From the NCBI GenBank assembly GCA_030141605.1, contig JAQGDQ010000072.1, positions 653,672 to 717,671 on the forward strand: a DNA stretch of 64,000 nucleotides, in the 5' to 3' direction. This DNA is from Tubiluchus corallicola (taxonomy: Eukaryota > Animalia > Priapulida). A model generated the notes under the pieces. It searched no databases, was not told where the DNA came from, and was given only the letters and a program-made list of their open reading frames with translations. This document shows, in pieces, positions 38,101 through 51,181 of the stretch. Each line of letters starts with the position of its first letter. The stretch's first letter is position 1. The position numbers were made by a program, and so were the translations under genes.

Positions 38101-41100
38101 GTTATATTGCCGCTCCTCCAGGTGTGTTTGTGGTATATCCTGGGACAGTTGTTAGCAAGACATTTGACCCAACTAAAAGGCCATGGTAAGTAAACCATTT
38201 TAAATTTATTAAGATTAAAAAATGGTAATTTCTTGTGGATTTTTTTACACAAGTTTTTTTTATAGTACTTAGAGATTTTACTAGTAAATGACAGATACCA
38301 TTATATTGACTTGGTTTCCAATGATATCATCATATATGCAAAATTACTTATTTTGTCTGGCACAGATTGTGTAGTATGCTTACTAAAATTTAGCAGGCTA
38401 AGTTAATTTTTGAATGTAAATCGTAAGTTAGAGTGTCATCTGTAGCATCTCAATATTCGCTGGACAACCACTTTGAACTCCTAAACATTAGCCAATTTTG
38501 TCACAGAAGCCATCGATCATTCTTCTAAAATATGCTTCATAATCTCCAAATTTATTGACATGACTCATTGTTGATCTGACTTGGTACTGACTAACTCTAT
38601 GATGCATGGCATTGCTAATATTTGGTTAATTTTTCAGGTTCACAAAAGCATTGGAATACCCCGGGCGAGTCGTCATTACTGCACCGTATCTCGACATTGG
38701 CGGAGCTGGGTACATCGTTACGATCAGTCACACCATATTTGAAGGAAAGTGAGTTTATATTTTTTATTTTTGTATGTCTTGAGCAAGTTGTTTGTTCTTC
38801 TAGATTTTAGCTGCATTTTCAATTTTTTGGAACATTATTCTTCACATTTAACGACATTTCGTTTAACGACACTGAACATTTTATACATTTTTCTCACTTA
38901 ACAATGCATGCCTTGTTTTAATTACAATTGTTTTACTTTTCTCAAAGCAATTTTTATTTTATTGACAACTTTTTTACCTAATTTGAAACACTAAAACAAT
39001 GCTTTTTTATTCTGACCTAGAAATGCCGTAGTGATGTAAAATAGTACAATTATTTATGATCTTGCCTCCCGGCTGACTCCTAAAATTTAATGCTAGCTAA
39101 TTGTATCAAACGAGATCTATTTGAAATTTATGAGCCTCCAGGCACCTGAGTACAAACTTTGTGCAAAGGAATTTTGCCTACAGCCTGTTGCTATAGCTAC
39201 ACGTATCTAGATGAAATTGTTATATTGCAGTGTTTGGTAGCTAACTGCGTTGCTAATGAAAAAGAATCCAGTAGCTAAGTGGTGGTAAGAAATATAGGTG
39301 GTTTCCAGCAAGCAGAAAGAATTTAATCGTAAAAATATAAATAAACTCATAAAACATTTAATTTGTCTTAAGCAGCATTGTCTTTTGCCTATGGAACTTT
39401 TCTCTAGTCTTTTATATTACTGTGTATAGAAATGGCTTCGCTTAATGATATTTAGCTGATTGTCACATTTTGCTGGAACGCATCAGCGTAGTTAAGCAAT
39501 GAGTTACTGTAATTGCTTTATTTAGCAGAGATTTAGTCCCAAAAAGATTATAAAAAAACTTCATGCAAGTCGACATCAGAGAAATTTCTAGTGCATAGCT
39601 GATCTGATCAATTGCCTATTTGCAACAGTTCAATGAATCCTGTTTTTTTGCAAACTGTTCTGGTGTTCAGTTTTGTCTGAACCTCTTGCGAGACATACTA
39701 TAGAAATGATCCTTAAAAGTATGGTCTTTTGTTTTTATAGAGCAGCAGCCATGCACAGTGCTACTGATCAAGTTGTAGCAGTGATGGGTATTGATTTTCC
39801 TGTTGGCTATTTGCATAAACTTTTGATTGATGTTGTACCATTTTGCAGTGAGCCACATTTTAGGTAAGATTTAACAGCTAGAACTGATTTTGCTTTTGTG
39901 GCAGTACTAGATTTCAAGTGGACCTCTCAGTTTACATGAGCCCGGTTGGGGAACTATCCTCAAAATTGTCACATTAAAATAGGGATGTACCAGATCCAGT
40001 TTTGCCGGATCCGCTTCGGATCCAGATCCATGTGTGCCTGTTCCAGTTCCGGTTTCGGATCTGCAAATTAACGTATACAGTATTTCATATGTTTAACCTT
40101 TTGTTCATGTAGTGGCATTGTCTGCCCATTGACTAATTTTAAGTGGAAACACTGCAAACATTGATGTACTGTAATTTTAATTCTTGGCCCCCCCTTGCTT
40201 TGAACTAAAAAAACGTTCCGCTTTACTGAAAGTAGACAGCTTTAAATTTTTAGGAAACTTTCTTACGTCAGTATCGCAATCCTTGCACACTCCTTGATGC
40301 ACAGAACCATACTGTGAAGATTACGAATGTGCGCTACAAGCATCACAGCATAAAAACTAAGCGATACTTTCGTAAATTTCTGAAAATTTTAATGAAATCC
40401 TTCAAATTTTTTAAAAAAATTAAGACTACTCAGCAGTGTTCCCTTCAAGAGGCATTCCCTGCTGAGCAAACCTTACCATCCATTGTGGGCTGGCAACCAA
40501 AAGTGGTGTGTGCGTATTTGCACTGTGGCAAGGCAGTGGGGTGGGGGGGGATTCAGTATTGCCTATTTGCTGTACGTTTTTTGCAAACAAACTGAAATGA
40601 GTAAATGTGGTTAAATTATAGTTACAGTATTTTATTAGGGTAATATTGTTGTACATTTGTGTAACCAATTTTAGAACCATCAGTGCCATCATTATGAACA
40701 TTGCATTTTTAAATAGTCAAAGTTTTTCCAAGCACATCCCATTTCTTGCCAGCAGCAAATTAATTTTTCTGGTTAAATTGCGTACAGAACAAGCATACAA
40801 TACCATCTTCTTTTGATAAGTGTTACTCAATTTTATATTCCGTGAACCAGTTTTATAATCTATTGACCATGTGTTGACAATTATTTCTAGCCAAGCTAAT
40901 TTGAAATCTGCAGTTACAACACACCGGCTCTTAGTAGACAGCTAGTCTGACATAGTGACAAAAAGTACAGCAGCTATTGTTTACACAACTTAACCAGGTC
41001 TGGTAGTCATATTTAACTGGGCAGCTAGAAAACACGTTAAAATAGTGTAGGTACAGAGCACCCTAGTTTAACTCGCTACAAACATGTACTGTTGGTGTGC

Positions 41101-44100
41101 TATAATGATGAGGTGTGATTCATTTGTGAGTTTTTTCTGAATCGCTGCAGACTGCAGACAGGTGCAGTGGTTCAGCCACAGACTGAGAACAACATATGTA
41201 ACAGCATTAAGAGTAGTTTTACCAAAGCCTATGAATTACATGTACGTAGCACAATAATAAAATTGCGGGTGAATTTATAAATCACCTAATAATAGCTTAT
41301 CCATGTGTAGTTTATTAAGTAACAGTTTTTGGCGTTTTCACACTGAGTTTACTTTTACATTACTTCATAAGTGAGTTGAGTGGCAATGTTTTGATACTTA
41401 TCTGCACTTAGCATGCACAAAATTTTTTTCTTTGCGCGTAAGGGAAATTTTTATGCATGAGCGTTTGCGTGCTACTTAAAGGGAACACTGTTAATCGGGG
41501 TAATTAATCTGTTTTGTACATATTTTCCTGCTCCCTTTATATGTTTATCAGTTGGTAGTTTTACAGTGCTACACCTGATGGACATTTTTTGCCAGGTTTA
41601 AATTAAATCCATTAAAATTACCAGATCTCGGTATATGAAACTGAATCCGGTACATCCCTATATAAAGGCAAGTTTTTGCATTTTATGATATTTGTTGTGA
41701 CGTTACTTGATAAACTTGACAACTTATACCCAATGTTTACATTTGAACTCCTCTTTAGGTGCTTCATATTTGATGATACGGGGTATATAGTAGCTCATTT
41801 AAATATGATTGAACCGCCACTCCAAGGACCCATTGAAAAACTACACATAACTCACAAGGTATGCATTCTGATTAGCATCTAACTGTTGGTATTGACGTGT
41901 TATATGTGCCGTTTTTCTCTTATTTGGCTCTGTTTTAATTGTGAATTTGTATCAGCATGTGCACATTAGTGAAGTCATCCTGTCACTTAGCACATTGTTC
42001 TGCATAGTATCCTATACATTCTTATCATTTTTTCATATACATTAACTATAGCCTTTTTCACGTTGTTTACAATGAATGCCAAGTCTCATCATCATATAGT
42101 AGATGTCCTAACAAAACAGGCTAGATATGCTCCAGTGCTCACAGATCTTTTTCTGTTATTGGTCTCAGAAAATGGAACAAACTCCCACTTGATTTGCATT
42201 GTTGCACTAAATTTGATGTGTTCAAGAAAAAACTTAAGACTTGTCTATTCATTTTAGCCTTTCCGAACTAAGTCTATTACAACTGTTGTACAATTCCATG
42301 TTGCGTCTACACTGTACATTGTCTAGTTTAAATTCACTAGGTTTTAATGTGATTTGTTTAAATTTGAACTATAACCCTGATTATGTTGTTATGCACCACA
42401 GAACGCTACTTGCAATTAACGTACAATTTTGTGTAATAATAATAATAATAATAATAATAATGATATGTGACATCATGACATCACACTCTTCTCAACTTTT
42501 AGTGAATTTAAATGTTGTTAGCAATATTGTTATGTAATCTAACTTGTGTGAGAGCTGCAGCTTCAAGTTGAAAATTTGCTATTTAGGAGCCTTTGGTAGC
42601 AAATGACATATTGGAACATGAACACTTTGTCTATAAGAAGTTGTGCAATAGTTTTAGTGACAGAACCATTCAAAGATTTTATCAGTTCAACACAACTCTT
42701 TCCAACATGCTGACAAATGAGATTAATCGGGAACTATGTTCAAGGTACAAGGTAAGAGAAGTTACAAATTGTTATCAGCTCTATAATCAAGTATTTCTGA
42801 CAAAGAGAAACTTGTTTGGCTTTCATTTTGTATTTATGCACATTTTGGCTTATTTTTATTTAAGTTGATAGTATTCACTTTTAAGCTCTGTAGGAAGCTT
42901 ACTATTCATAGAATGTCTGTCAGTAAAACAATGTATACTTTCTGAAGGCATGAAACTGACATGGCGTTGTGCTAAATAATATGGCAGTTTCAAGAGCATA
43001 ATTGATGTTTACAGGCCTCTGAGAGACTTGAGTTCCCATGGAACAGAATGTTTCACAATGTTCAGGGATGTTACCGAAATGAAATTTGCGTGTCGGCTTG
43101 CAGATAATTGTGCTTTCAGTTAAGTTTCGGTTTCGGCGAAATTTATTAAATTTCGGATAACTTTACCCAATTTACCTTTTCTTTTCTCCTAGATGTCAAA
43201 AGTTGCTGAAAAATCTTAGCTAAATTAGTTCAAATAACACAAATTTACTTGAGCGAAATCACGTTTAATTTTATAATTTATGAAATATAGGCTACAAAAT
43301 AAAATTTGTTTATTTTTAATGAAGTATTATGATTTAAACATTAATCATTAAGGGTACTTAAATCCAAAAACATTATAACACATTTTTGTAAGTCACTCCA
43401 TCAAACTTGAAGTTCTACACTTTTAACTTCCTTGTCCTTTTTGTATTAGAGTTTTTACCCGCAATTTTGCATCACAGCAAAAAAGCAAAGAAACAAAAAA
43501 TAAAATATTTTACTTATTTTGGAATTTTCTTTTTTCAGTTTTAATAGTAGTTGGTTTTGCAAAAATGTTTCAGTTTTGTTTCGGTATCAGTTTCCTATGC
43601 TCCATAAATTTCGATTTCTGATTGTAAATTCATTTTCTGTAACATCCCTGACAATGTCCTTATTACGTAGAACCAATTAGTATGCCATGGCGATCCCCGT
43701 GAGTTCGGAATTTTGTAACATGGTGCATTAATAGTTCAAATTGTTTTAAATGGTGCTTAATTTATTGCAAATTACTAGGACATATCACTTCTTGTGAGTT
43801 TTTAATGTTGAACGCTAAATATTTATTGTAGTCAAAATATTGCAAGTTGTAATACTTTGTCTGCAATGAAACATGTTTAAAAAGTAGGGTTCCTGTGTCG
43901 TAACATTGCCATATATGAGTGTATAATTCTCTTGTTTTTTGCCTTCATATTTAAATTCCTTTTGCAGATTGTAGCCGTTCCAGGAACTAATGTTTTTCTC
44001 GGTGTTGTGAATCAAACTTGTAATGTGAACACGGCTTTTTGTCCTTGCAGCAGGGTAAGTAACGTCAGTTTCTAATTTCAAATCCATCAAATTAATTGAA

Positions 44101-46583
44101 TAAGAGAGCCAATTTTTTAAATGTATTGGTGTATACAGGGTTTCTGTGATTGTAACTAGTTTCTTGAAAGTTATTTATCTTCTTTTGTTTAGATATACAT
44201 TCGTGTACAATTATTTTTAGGTTGATAGACTTTGTCTGAACTGCCTCCGAATGGAACAGAATGAGTGTGAGTGTCCATGTGAATGTCCGCTAGATATGGA
44301 TTTTTGTTCTGGAGAATTGCTGGATACAGAAGACAGGTGATTGCATGTAGTTTAACTCAGTGTCATGATATGTATTTAGGTGCCTGCATTTTATGACTGT
44401 TGATTTAGAAATTCGATTTGAGCTTTTGATAATTATTACGACATATTTCTCCTACTAAAAGACAGGAAAATTCACTTTTTGCATTTTTTAATGTAGGAAT
44501 CCCAGCTGCTCACACTATAATGAATATCCGCAAGCAGTTCACATTGACCCTTCTATTACCAAATTTTTGCCACGATGTACAAATAATTTCTGCTCAGGGT
44601 GGACGCGACAATCGTAAGTTTTTTCTTGCTTCAGTAGTAAAAATTTATCATAATAATTATAGTTGTTTAGATAATTCAGCGTAATGGTATTTTATTTCTT
44701 ATGTTTATAGAGATTGCGTTGGCATGGTAGATTGTGAATGGTGTCAGTTTGATGCAGATGGTGAAACAGTCCTGGATACACCCTTCTGTGAAACTCAGCG
44801 TGTCTGCTTTGGAGGTGTCCTTGGAGCTAATTCTCCATACAATGATCACGTTCATGGTTTGTAATGATAAAATTTTTAGTGTGTTGTATAATGTCCTTTG
44901 AAAAGTGCATGTGACCATTCTCACTTGTCGCCTCTTTTGTCATTGTCTCTTTTTTGATTGACGATCCTGATTCTGTTTACTTGTCCCGTCGATAATTATC
45001 ATAGTATTTATCAGCTATTATAAAGAAGAATAAGTGAAAAGTTTTATTGGACAACATATTAAATTACTAGGCACATAGTTTGCTTGGAGAAGATAAACTA
45101 TGTGGTTTGACTGCTCTTGGAATTGCTGAGTGGTCATAGTTTGAGTAAATATCAGATAGTTTTTTATAAGCAAGCTGCATGGGTAGAGTTTTCTAAGATT
45201 TTTCAGCTACTGGATGTTTTTTTGTTTTAGTGAATTGCTGTTGGACCATTTTACTTGAAGTTTGTTTCAAGGTAGTCCTGAATTTTCTCTACTCACTGAA
45301 TAGTTGATATAGCATTTAGGCGTGCATAGTGCATAAATATGCATGAAAGGACACTATTAGGAAGGATTAAATCATTTCTATGGGACCTTTGTGAGATTTG
45401 TTAAAAAGGAAAGAGTTTATGATTATAATAAATTTACAATATCATACAAGCATTGTTATTTTTTATGTAGCTCAAGCTAGGCATGGACCACCATTAAGTG
45501 TTCGTCATACTCCGGTCGGCCCCGTTGCTGGAGGGATTATGGGATGCTTTCTTGTGCTAGCCCTTGCTGTGTATTGCTATCGTCATCATGTTCATCGTAC
45601 GGCACATCAGTACATATGTACTGTCAATGACACGGCTGTTCACATGTCTCAGCTTGATAATGAAATTGACGAAGGTGATTTGCCCTCTGAAGAGCCTGCA
45701 GCAGGTATTTTATTTTGCATGTGAATACAGGTGTTATGAGTGAATGTATGGAGTTTATTTTTTATGTTGCTTGCAAATAAACAAATGATTACTAAATATT
45801 TCACAAAAGATCATATTCTTGTTTTGCTTTTCAGCCCCATGTAATTTCTGTACAGCTGGAACATGCAATTTTGCTTCTAGATTATTTATTACTTGAAATA
45901 TTTACTGAACGTATATTCTTTAAGTATTCTTGCTTAATTTGAGTTTGACACAGGTAGAACACCTTGGCTTGGCTATCAGTAAAGTAACAAAACCTTTCAG
46001 ACTATTAAAATGTTTTGCTTGTAGGCACTTTTAACATTGAAACTATGTGATTGTTTTGTAAAATACTTTTTTTTCACTTTCAGGTCATACAAATATTGTC
46101 TTGTCGTCATTTGAAAATCCTGCCAGCATTTCTCCATACAGGGTTAACACAACCTATCGTCGTCCGCCAGGTGGTGACAGTGACCACGGTTACAGTACAA
46201 TGACACCCCATGAAGACTCTGAACATTGTACACCATACATTGAGCCCCTAGTTATAGGTAAATTTCCACGAGCAATGGGCTCACCCACAACCAGTGATAT
46301 TTGCAGTATGACATCTAGAAGTGACATTGGCGGTACGTGTAGTGATGCAAGTGGGCCTAGTACACGAAGTGAACTGTTTAAGCTACCGGCACCAGTGTCA
46401 GTTTCACGCTCTAAGCGTCTCCAGCAACTTCCAACTATAACACAGTTGCCGGAGCATACTGTTCTTCCGTCATCACCACTGCTAGCTAAAGAAACTAATA
46501 CTACTCCTGGTGGGACAACAATGATGGATTCTGGGACACATGTGCTCGTTGACGTGCAAGTCCACGCAGTTGATACACATTAA
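23181..46583 (+). CDS. CACHD1: VWFA and Cache domain-containing protein 1 (CACHD1, alpha2delta-like), about 1379 aa, 25 coding exons
   Basis: Exons 23181-23582, 25217-25365, 26288-26388, 26783-26927, 27539-27683, 28551-28686, 30127-30216, 32400-32537, 32665-32898, 33206-33355, 33483-33606, 34128-34260, 36210-36378, 37715-37955, 38102-38185, 38638-38748, 39741-39863, 41759-41858, 42587-42751, 43968-44054, 44221-44336, 44497-44613, 44711-44856, 45471-45704, 46084-46583 sum to 4140 nt in frame. Signal-like N-terminus, LKWQYF, VWA (YVTIVIDHG), Cache motifs ([39 protein letters not shown]), Cys-rich [46 protein letters not shown], tail DSDHGYSTM. Confidence 0.95.
24270..25057. mobile_element. Non-autonomous hAT-like element (MITE) in the CACHD1 first coding intron
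   Basis: TIRs CAGGGTTCCC (24270-24279) and GGGAACCCTG (25048-25057); TSD not preserved. Confidence 0.65.
28739..28850 (+). mobile_element. tRNA-derived SINE head
   Basis: A-box TAGTTCAGTGG and B-box-like GGATTCAAGTCC at tRNA spacing, but no intact cloverleaf or acceptor stem; continues into a non-tRNA body. Confidence 0.7.
29127..30009. mobile_element. Tc1/pogo (Tigger-like) non-autonomous element
   Basis: Left end TA|CAGTAGGTGCTGCTCAATAG and right end TTATTGAGCAGCTCGACTG form an imperfect TIR starting CAGT. Confidence 0.5.
31338..31993. mobile_element. hAT-type MITE with perfect 8-bp TSD
   Basis: TSD TTGATGCT at 31330-31337 and 31994-32001; imperfect TIRs TAGAGGCTGAAGC and GCTGTAGGCTCTA; CAGCT/AGCTGA subterminal repeats. 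Confidence 0.8.
34330..35950. repeat. Long fold-back element with modular inverted arms
   Basis: About 180-bp inverted arms at 34330-34508 and 35766-35950; inner inverted arrays of a ~15-bp TCTTTTCGCCAGTCT unit at 34579-34695 and 35305-35445; innermost GTCACCATTGAC/GTCAATGGTGAC; (TA)n at 35279-35299. Confidence 0.8.
37172..37574. mobile_element. Tc1/mariner-type MITE
   Basis: TA|CACTCATATCT ... AGATATGAGTG|TA: 11-bp perfect TIR with TA TSD. Confidence 0.7.
39980..41660. mobile_element. Non-autonomous hAT-like element containing a nested element
   Basis: TIRs TAGGGATGTACCAGATCCAGTTT and AAACTGAATCCGGTACATCCCTA (2 mismatches); GGATCC-type subterminal repeats. Confidence 0.75.
40434..41490. 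mobile_element. Nested hAT-like element
   Basis: TIRs CAGTGTTCCCTT and AAGGGAACACTG; flanks CTACTCAG and TTAATCGG match at 5 of 8 positions (possible decayed TSD). Confidence 0.7.
43063..43650. mobile_element. hAT-type MITE
   Basis: TIRs CAGGGATGTTAC and GTAACATCCCTG with further imperfect pairing; TSD ACAATGTT and ACAATGTC (7 of 8). Confidence 0.85.
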
Positions 46584-48385
46584 CTACTATCTTAAACTGT
46601 TATTTATAGTTGTAGACTTGAATGTTTGGAAGTCCTTGTAAAATTATTTCGCTATAATCTCATTTTAGCTAAGCTAGCACAATCTACAGTTTTTTATATA
46701 TAAATGTTTGTTTTAATTTTGCTATATACAATTTTATAAAGTGAAGTTTTTCCCTGTTACGCATTCTGTAGATATTTTTGTTTAAATATGTAAACACGGA
46801 AATAACTGTAATTTTGATTGAATTAAGACATTAAGAAAAAAGCAGTTCAATGGTTGTATCTAGCAAAAGTTTGCTTGTGAATCAGTTTTCTTTTACATTT
46901 GTGTTAGAAATTGTTACTAGTAGTTATATTCTTCTTAGTTAACTTATATAGTTTATTTTTGTATGTATCTATTTTTACTGTGTTGTGCATCGTATGATGA
47001 TATATTACATTTTTGATCAACCCAAATGTGCTGGTATGCTATGGAGTATCTTTGCAATTTGCAAACATGATTATTATAAACATGGTATTTTTCACACAAA
47101 TGTTGCATTTAGATTTGTTTATTAGAATGTGTACATAATTATATTATAGAATAGTTATACTCAATTCACCTTGTATTAGAAAATAGAAATTTTTAGATTA
47201 GATAATTTATAAATTTTCTTGTTTCGTCATCTTGTAAGATGTGACTTTAATCATGAAATATGTTTCTTTTTACTATGGTGTAGCAACTTTTTACTTTCTC
47301 CATCTTTACTGCTTTATATTTGTTTTGTTCCTAACTGCTAGTTGTTTACAAGTAACTCATGGAAGTTCAAGTAATAATGTAATGATAATTTGCCACAGCA
47401 ATTTTAATTTTTTATACAAAGCTGCAGATTTTTCGTTATCAGTGCCAATTAATCCTTTACTTATCATTATTATCACTTCTGTTTTCTGCACATTGACAGA
47501 ATTGCATCGAGCTGTGGGCATTTGTGGATGTAGAGAAAGTTTTAAGTGGTCGCCATGTTATCGCCTTTGTTTTAGGTTCCTACTCATTTTTGCTATTCTG
47601 TAGACCTGCATCATAACTAGAACAAAAACCAGTCTTGGTATTGTATCTGCAGTTTTTAATATCCGTGTTTGTTTTTCAGCTTAATAAGTGATTCATGTTT
47701 ATTGATCTGTTGAAGCATTATGGGCATGAAATTCTATACTTCATAACTTCTGTGAACGAGTTTTCTGTAACTCATGATAGTATTATCTTGTTATCCATTA
47801 GGTTGTATGCAGTCTGTTAGTTCTTCCAGAATATTAGAATGTTGCATAAATTTTGTAGTATGTAAATTTTATATAAATTATTCCTATACTGGTTATTTAC
47901 ATCACAAAAAATTGTTGTGACAATAGTAATTGTCTCTCTAATTTGTTTGTATATAATCTTGTAAATATATTCTTATTACATGATATTAATAATGCAATAA
48001 AAGTCAATAATGTTATGATAAAAAATGACAGCACTAGATATGATATTTACAAGGAATGTACTTTGTAAGATTGCTAATGTTTTCTACTGCCCACAGGGCT
48101 TACTTATTTTCTAGCATTGAATCTCCATTCCTTTTGTATTTATTAAGTTGTGAACTGCTTTCATACAATGTGCATTTTTCCAACCATTCTGGATCAGTGT
48201 GGGATGTGTTCAGATTCCACACAGAAGTGCCATGTAATAAGGGAAACATTCAATTGCTTGATCACCTTAAAAAACTGAAAAGTGGTGTTAGGTATCTACA
48301 ATAAAAATAAAGAGGTGGTTATTCACACAAGGTTTATTAGCGTTAAGGGTATTTTGGGAAGCCACTGCTCTCTTCATCAGGCTAT

Positions 48386-48776
48386 TAGGGGTGAGCATTC
48401 TCTACCAGAAAGCGAATTCGAATCGAACCGAATTTGTGACTTTCGAATTCGAACCGAACATCAGTGTTTCAAATTCGAACCGAATTCGAATTGAGATTGA
48501 AAGATTTCGAACAACCAGTAAAAATTAGTTTTACAAAGATCATGCATATCACTAGATTTTGTTCGGCAATAAAACGACTAGTAATTTGTTTAAAATTGGG
48601 CACAGAAATCACGCTAATTGCACGTTGTTTCAATCATTTTAGTGATTCAGAACATATGAGATTGAAGTGCTAAATTATTCGAATCTATAGTTTTGGATTC
48701 GAATCGAGTTCGAACTAAAAAACTCGTTCTAATCGAATTCGAGCGTTCGAACTCGAACGTTTGATGCTCACCCCTA
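48386..48776. mobile_element. Young hAT MITE (391 bp) with perfect 8-bp TSD
   Basis: TSD CAGGCTAT at 48378-48385 and 48777-48784; TIRs TAGGGGTGAGCAT and ATGCTCACCCCTA; dense TTCGAA subterminal repeats. Confidence 0.92.
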
Positions 48777-51181
48777 CAGGCTATATAAAACAGTCGTTCC
48801 CTAACTGAGGAGTTTGTGTAATTATTGCACAACTAAACAGTTTTTGCACTGGATGAAGTTTCACTTTAGCAGGACATTTACAATCGTGGGAGCACAGTCA
48901 TGCACTTAAGCCTTCAATTTATTGAAGTTAAAACACAACCAGAAGAAGAAGAAGAGCTCAATGTGAATGATAAACAAAACGGGCCTAAGTAAATACAGAT
49001 ATGTATTATATCCGATGAAATGGTTTCTACTCTTGCCATCGATATTGATAAATTAGGCGATAGAAGTGAAGGATGTTTCAGTTCCTTTTTCGAAGTACTT
49101 TGTTCTTATTTTAACGATCAGCATTTTGTAAACAACTGCGCTGAGCCGCCTAGATGTTGTTAATTTACTTACTGGTATGATATTGAATGGAATTTAAGCA
49201 AAAACGATTGAAAGGTAAATTACTGCCAAGTAGCTAACTCATTGTACCACTACCAATCAAGATTAAATTTTAATTAGTCTCTCGGTCTTAATTTGCATTG
49301 TTACGTATTAATGCTGATGCAGCAATAATAGGGTACAGAGAAAAATCATTTGAGAGACGAGTTGGCAAAAGACCATACGTGAGACAGATAATCACCTCTA
49401 TCTAACGCTGAAAATTTGGCTGTCCCATGATAATTGATACTTGTATTAGATACTGTTAGTAACCACAGCAGATTACAAAGCTTTGCATTATTATTATGAC
49501 TATTATTAACAGGATACCCACTGCCTAGTTCAATTTACAGTTATCAATTATCGATTACCTATTATCGATCTTACTCAAATTGTCTACTTTTTGATAAAAG
49601 ACTGTCAATTTTACTTAACAACAAAGAGCTCGTCATCGTGAAAACTACCACCAGTGTTTAAAGTGAGCCGGAACCTAAAATTATAAACTCTGCACCAAGA
49701 AATACAATGTCTCGCCAGGTCGCACATTTAGTTTTCTCACCATTTAATTAGAATTAGCTGTAAGCCTATCCGTAACATATACTAGTAGTACAATTTCTGT
49801 CTTTTGGTCAGCAAAATTGAACTGTAGAGAATAACAATTGGCATAAGTAGTTTATTATACTGAGCAGCTGCTACCCCTTCATCTTAATATTCTGCAACTC
49901 ATTTTTCTTGCGAGTTTTTCGGAAAAAAGAAAACTTTCTTGAGAAGAAGTGCACTGGAGTGATGAGTTAAATCATTTTACCTCATAGTAATTTATGTTCC
50001 TTTAGACTTTAAAAATTAGGCGAATTAAATGTAGACTATGGTGCATCAAAATATAGCTGTAATCAGTTGGCATGATTTTCTTTTGCAGAAGTATGGAAAC
50101 ATACAATTCCAGTTTTAAGGAAGAAGTATCTAAATTTCCCACACAAACATCTTATTTGCTAATGTTGACTCAGCCCTTTACATTTTCCTTAACAACAATA
50201 AATGAATAAAGATAGATGGCTTAAGAGATGGAGTAAAGTACATGATGTGCAATTATCACGCAAGCTTGGCTATAAAGCATGTAACCAAATTAGATTGTGA
50301 CTGACCTGTGTTCATGTTAGTATTACATCAGCTGTGTTACAGCACTGCACTACTTTATCTTCACACATAGTGAAACAGTGTTTTCTAATATCAGTCTGAA
50401 GTTTGAAAGTTTAATGGTGCTTTTGCCTTACTTTGTGTTGCAATAAAACTTCTAGAGTGGAGTTTATAGTTTTAGAACATGTCAAGCTTGACACATGCAT
50501 ATATCCCCCGCCCTGAAAACAGTAGAGCTGAGTAGTCTCTTCTAAAAGTCTGTAATGAAAACAACTTAAAACCTTTTAAAAAAAGGTATCTTGATATACA
50601 TTTTGTAATCTTTTATATACTTTGATATGTTGGCAATTTTAATTTAAAAATTAATAAAACCAGTAACAAAATAACATGTAAATGTAGCATATTTTAAATT
50701 TTGTCAGATAGCGTTTTAACATGCTGTGTCTATCCTCATTCAAACAAAAATGAAAAGATCGGATCTTAGAACTTTAAGCAAAATGTGAAATGCATTGATA
50801 TAGGACTAAAACTAAGATAGCAGAACTGGATTGTCAAATTTAATATACAAACTTTCTTTGATTTTTTTTAAAGAAATAATTGCTGAAAATAGTCCTACAG
50901 CTAGATCTCATTTTTCCTCCTCTCTTAATTGTGGGATTTTTTGCTTTAAAATTTTGTTATTGGTGAATTAGTTTCATCAGTCTTAGTTAATTTTTTATCC
51001 TGAAATTAAGTATGTATTATAGGTCTTTCTTAATGCTTACACTTCTCATGTTTTGTAGGTTGTAATATGTATGTGTTGCATCCAGTGCTACTGCTTGTGC
51101 TTCCTACTATAGACTGGCCAAAACGCTGATTAAAACTCAAAAAGCTTTTTGGAAACTTGGCACAAAGGAGCCAACAATATA

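Noticed and set aside
47241-47603. 120-aa hydrophobic ORF after CACHD1
   Set aside because: GTG start and T-rich composition typical of 3'UTR; no recognisable motif.
48410-48760. Regularly recurring TTCGAA motifs resembling a CRISPR-like or heat-shock-element array
   Set aside because: They lie inside a TIR- and TSD-bounded hAT MITE as subterminal repeats; no constant repeat-spacer periodicity; eukaryotic context.
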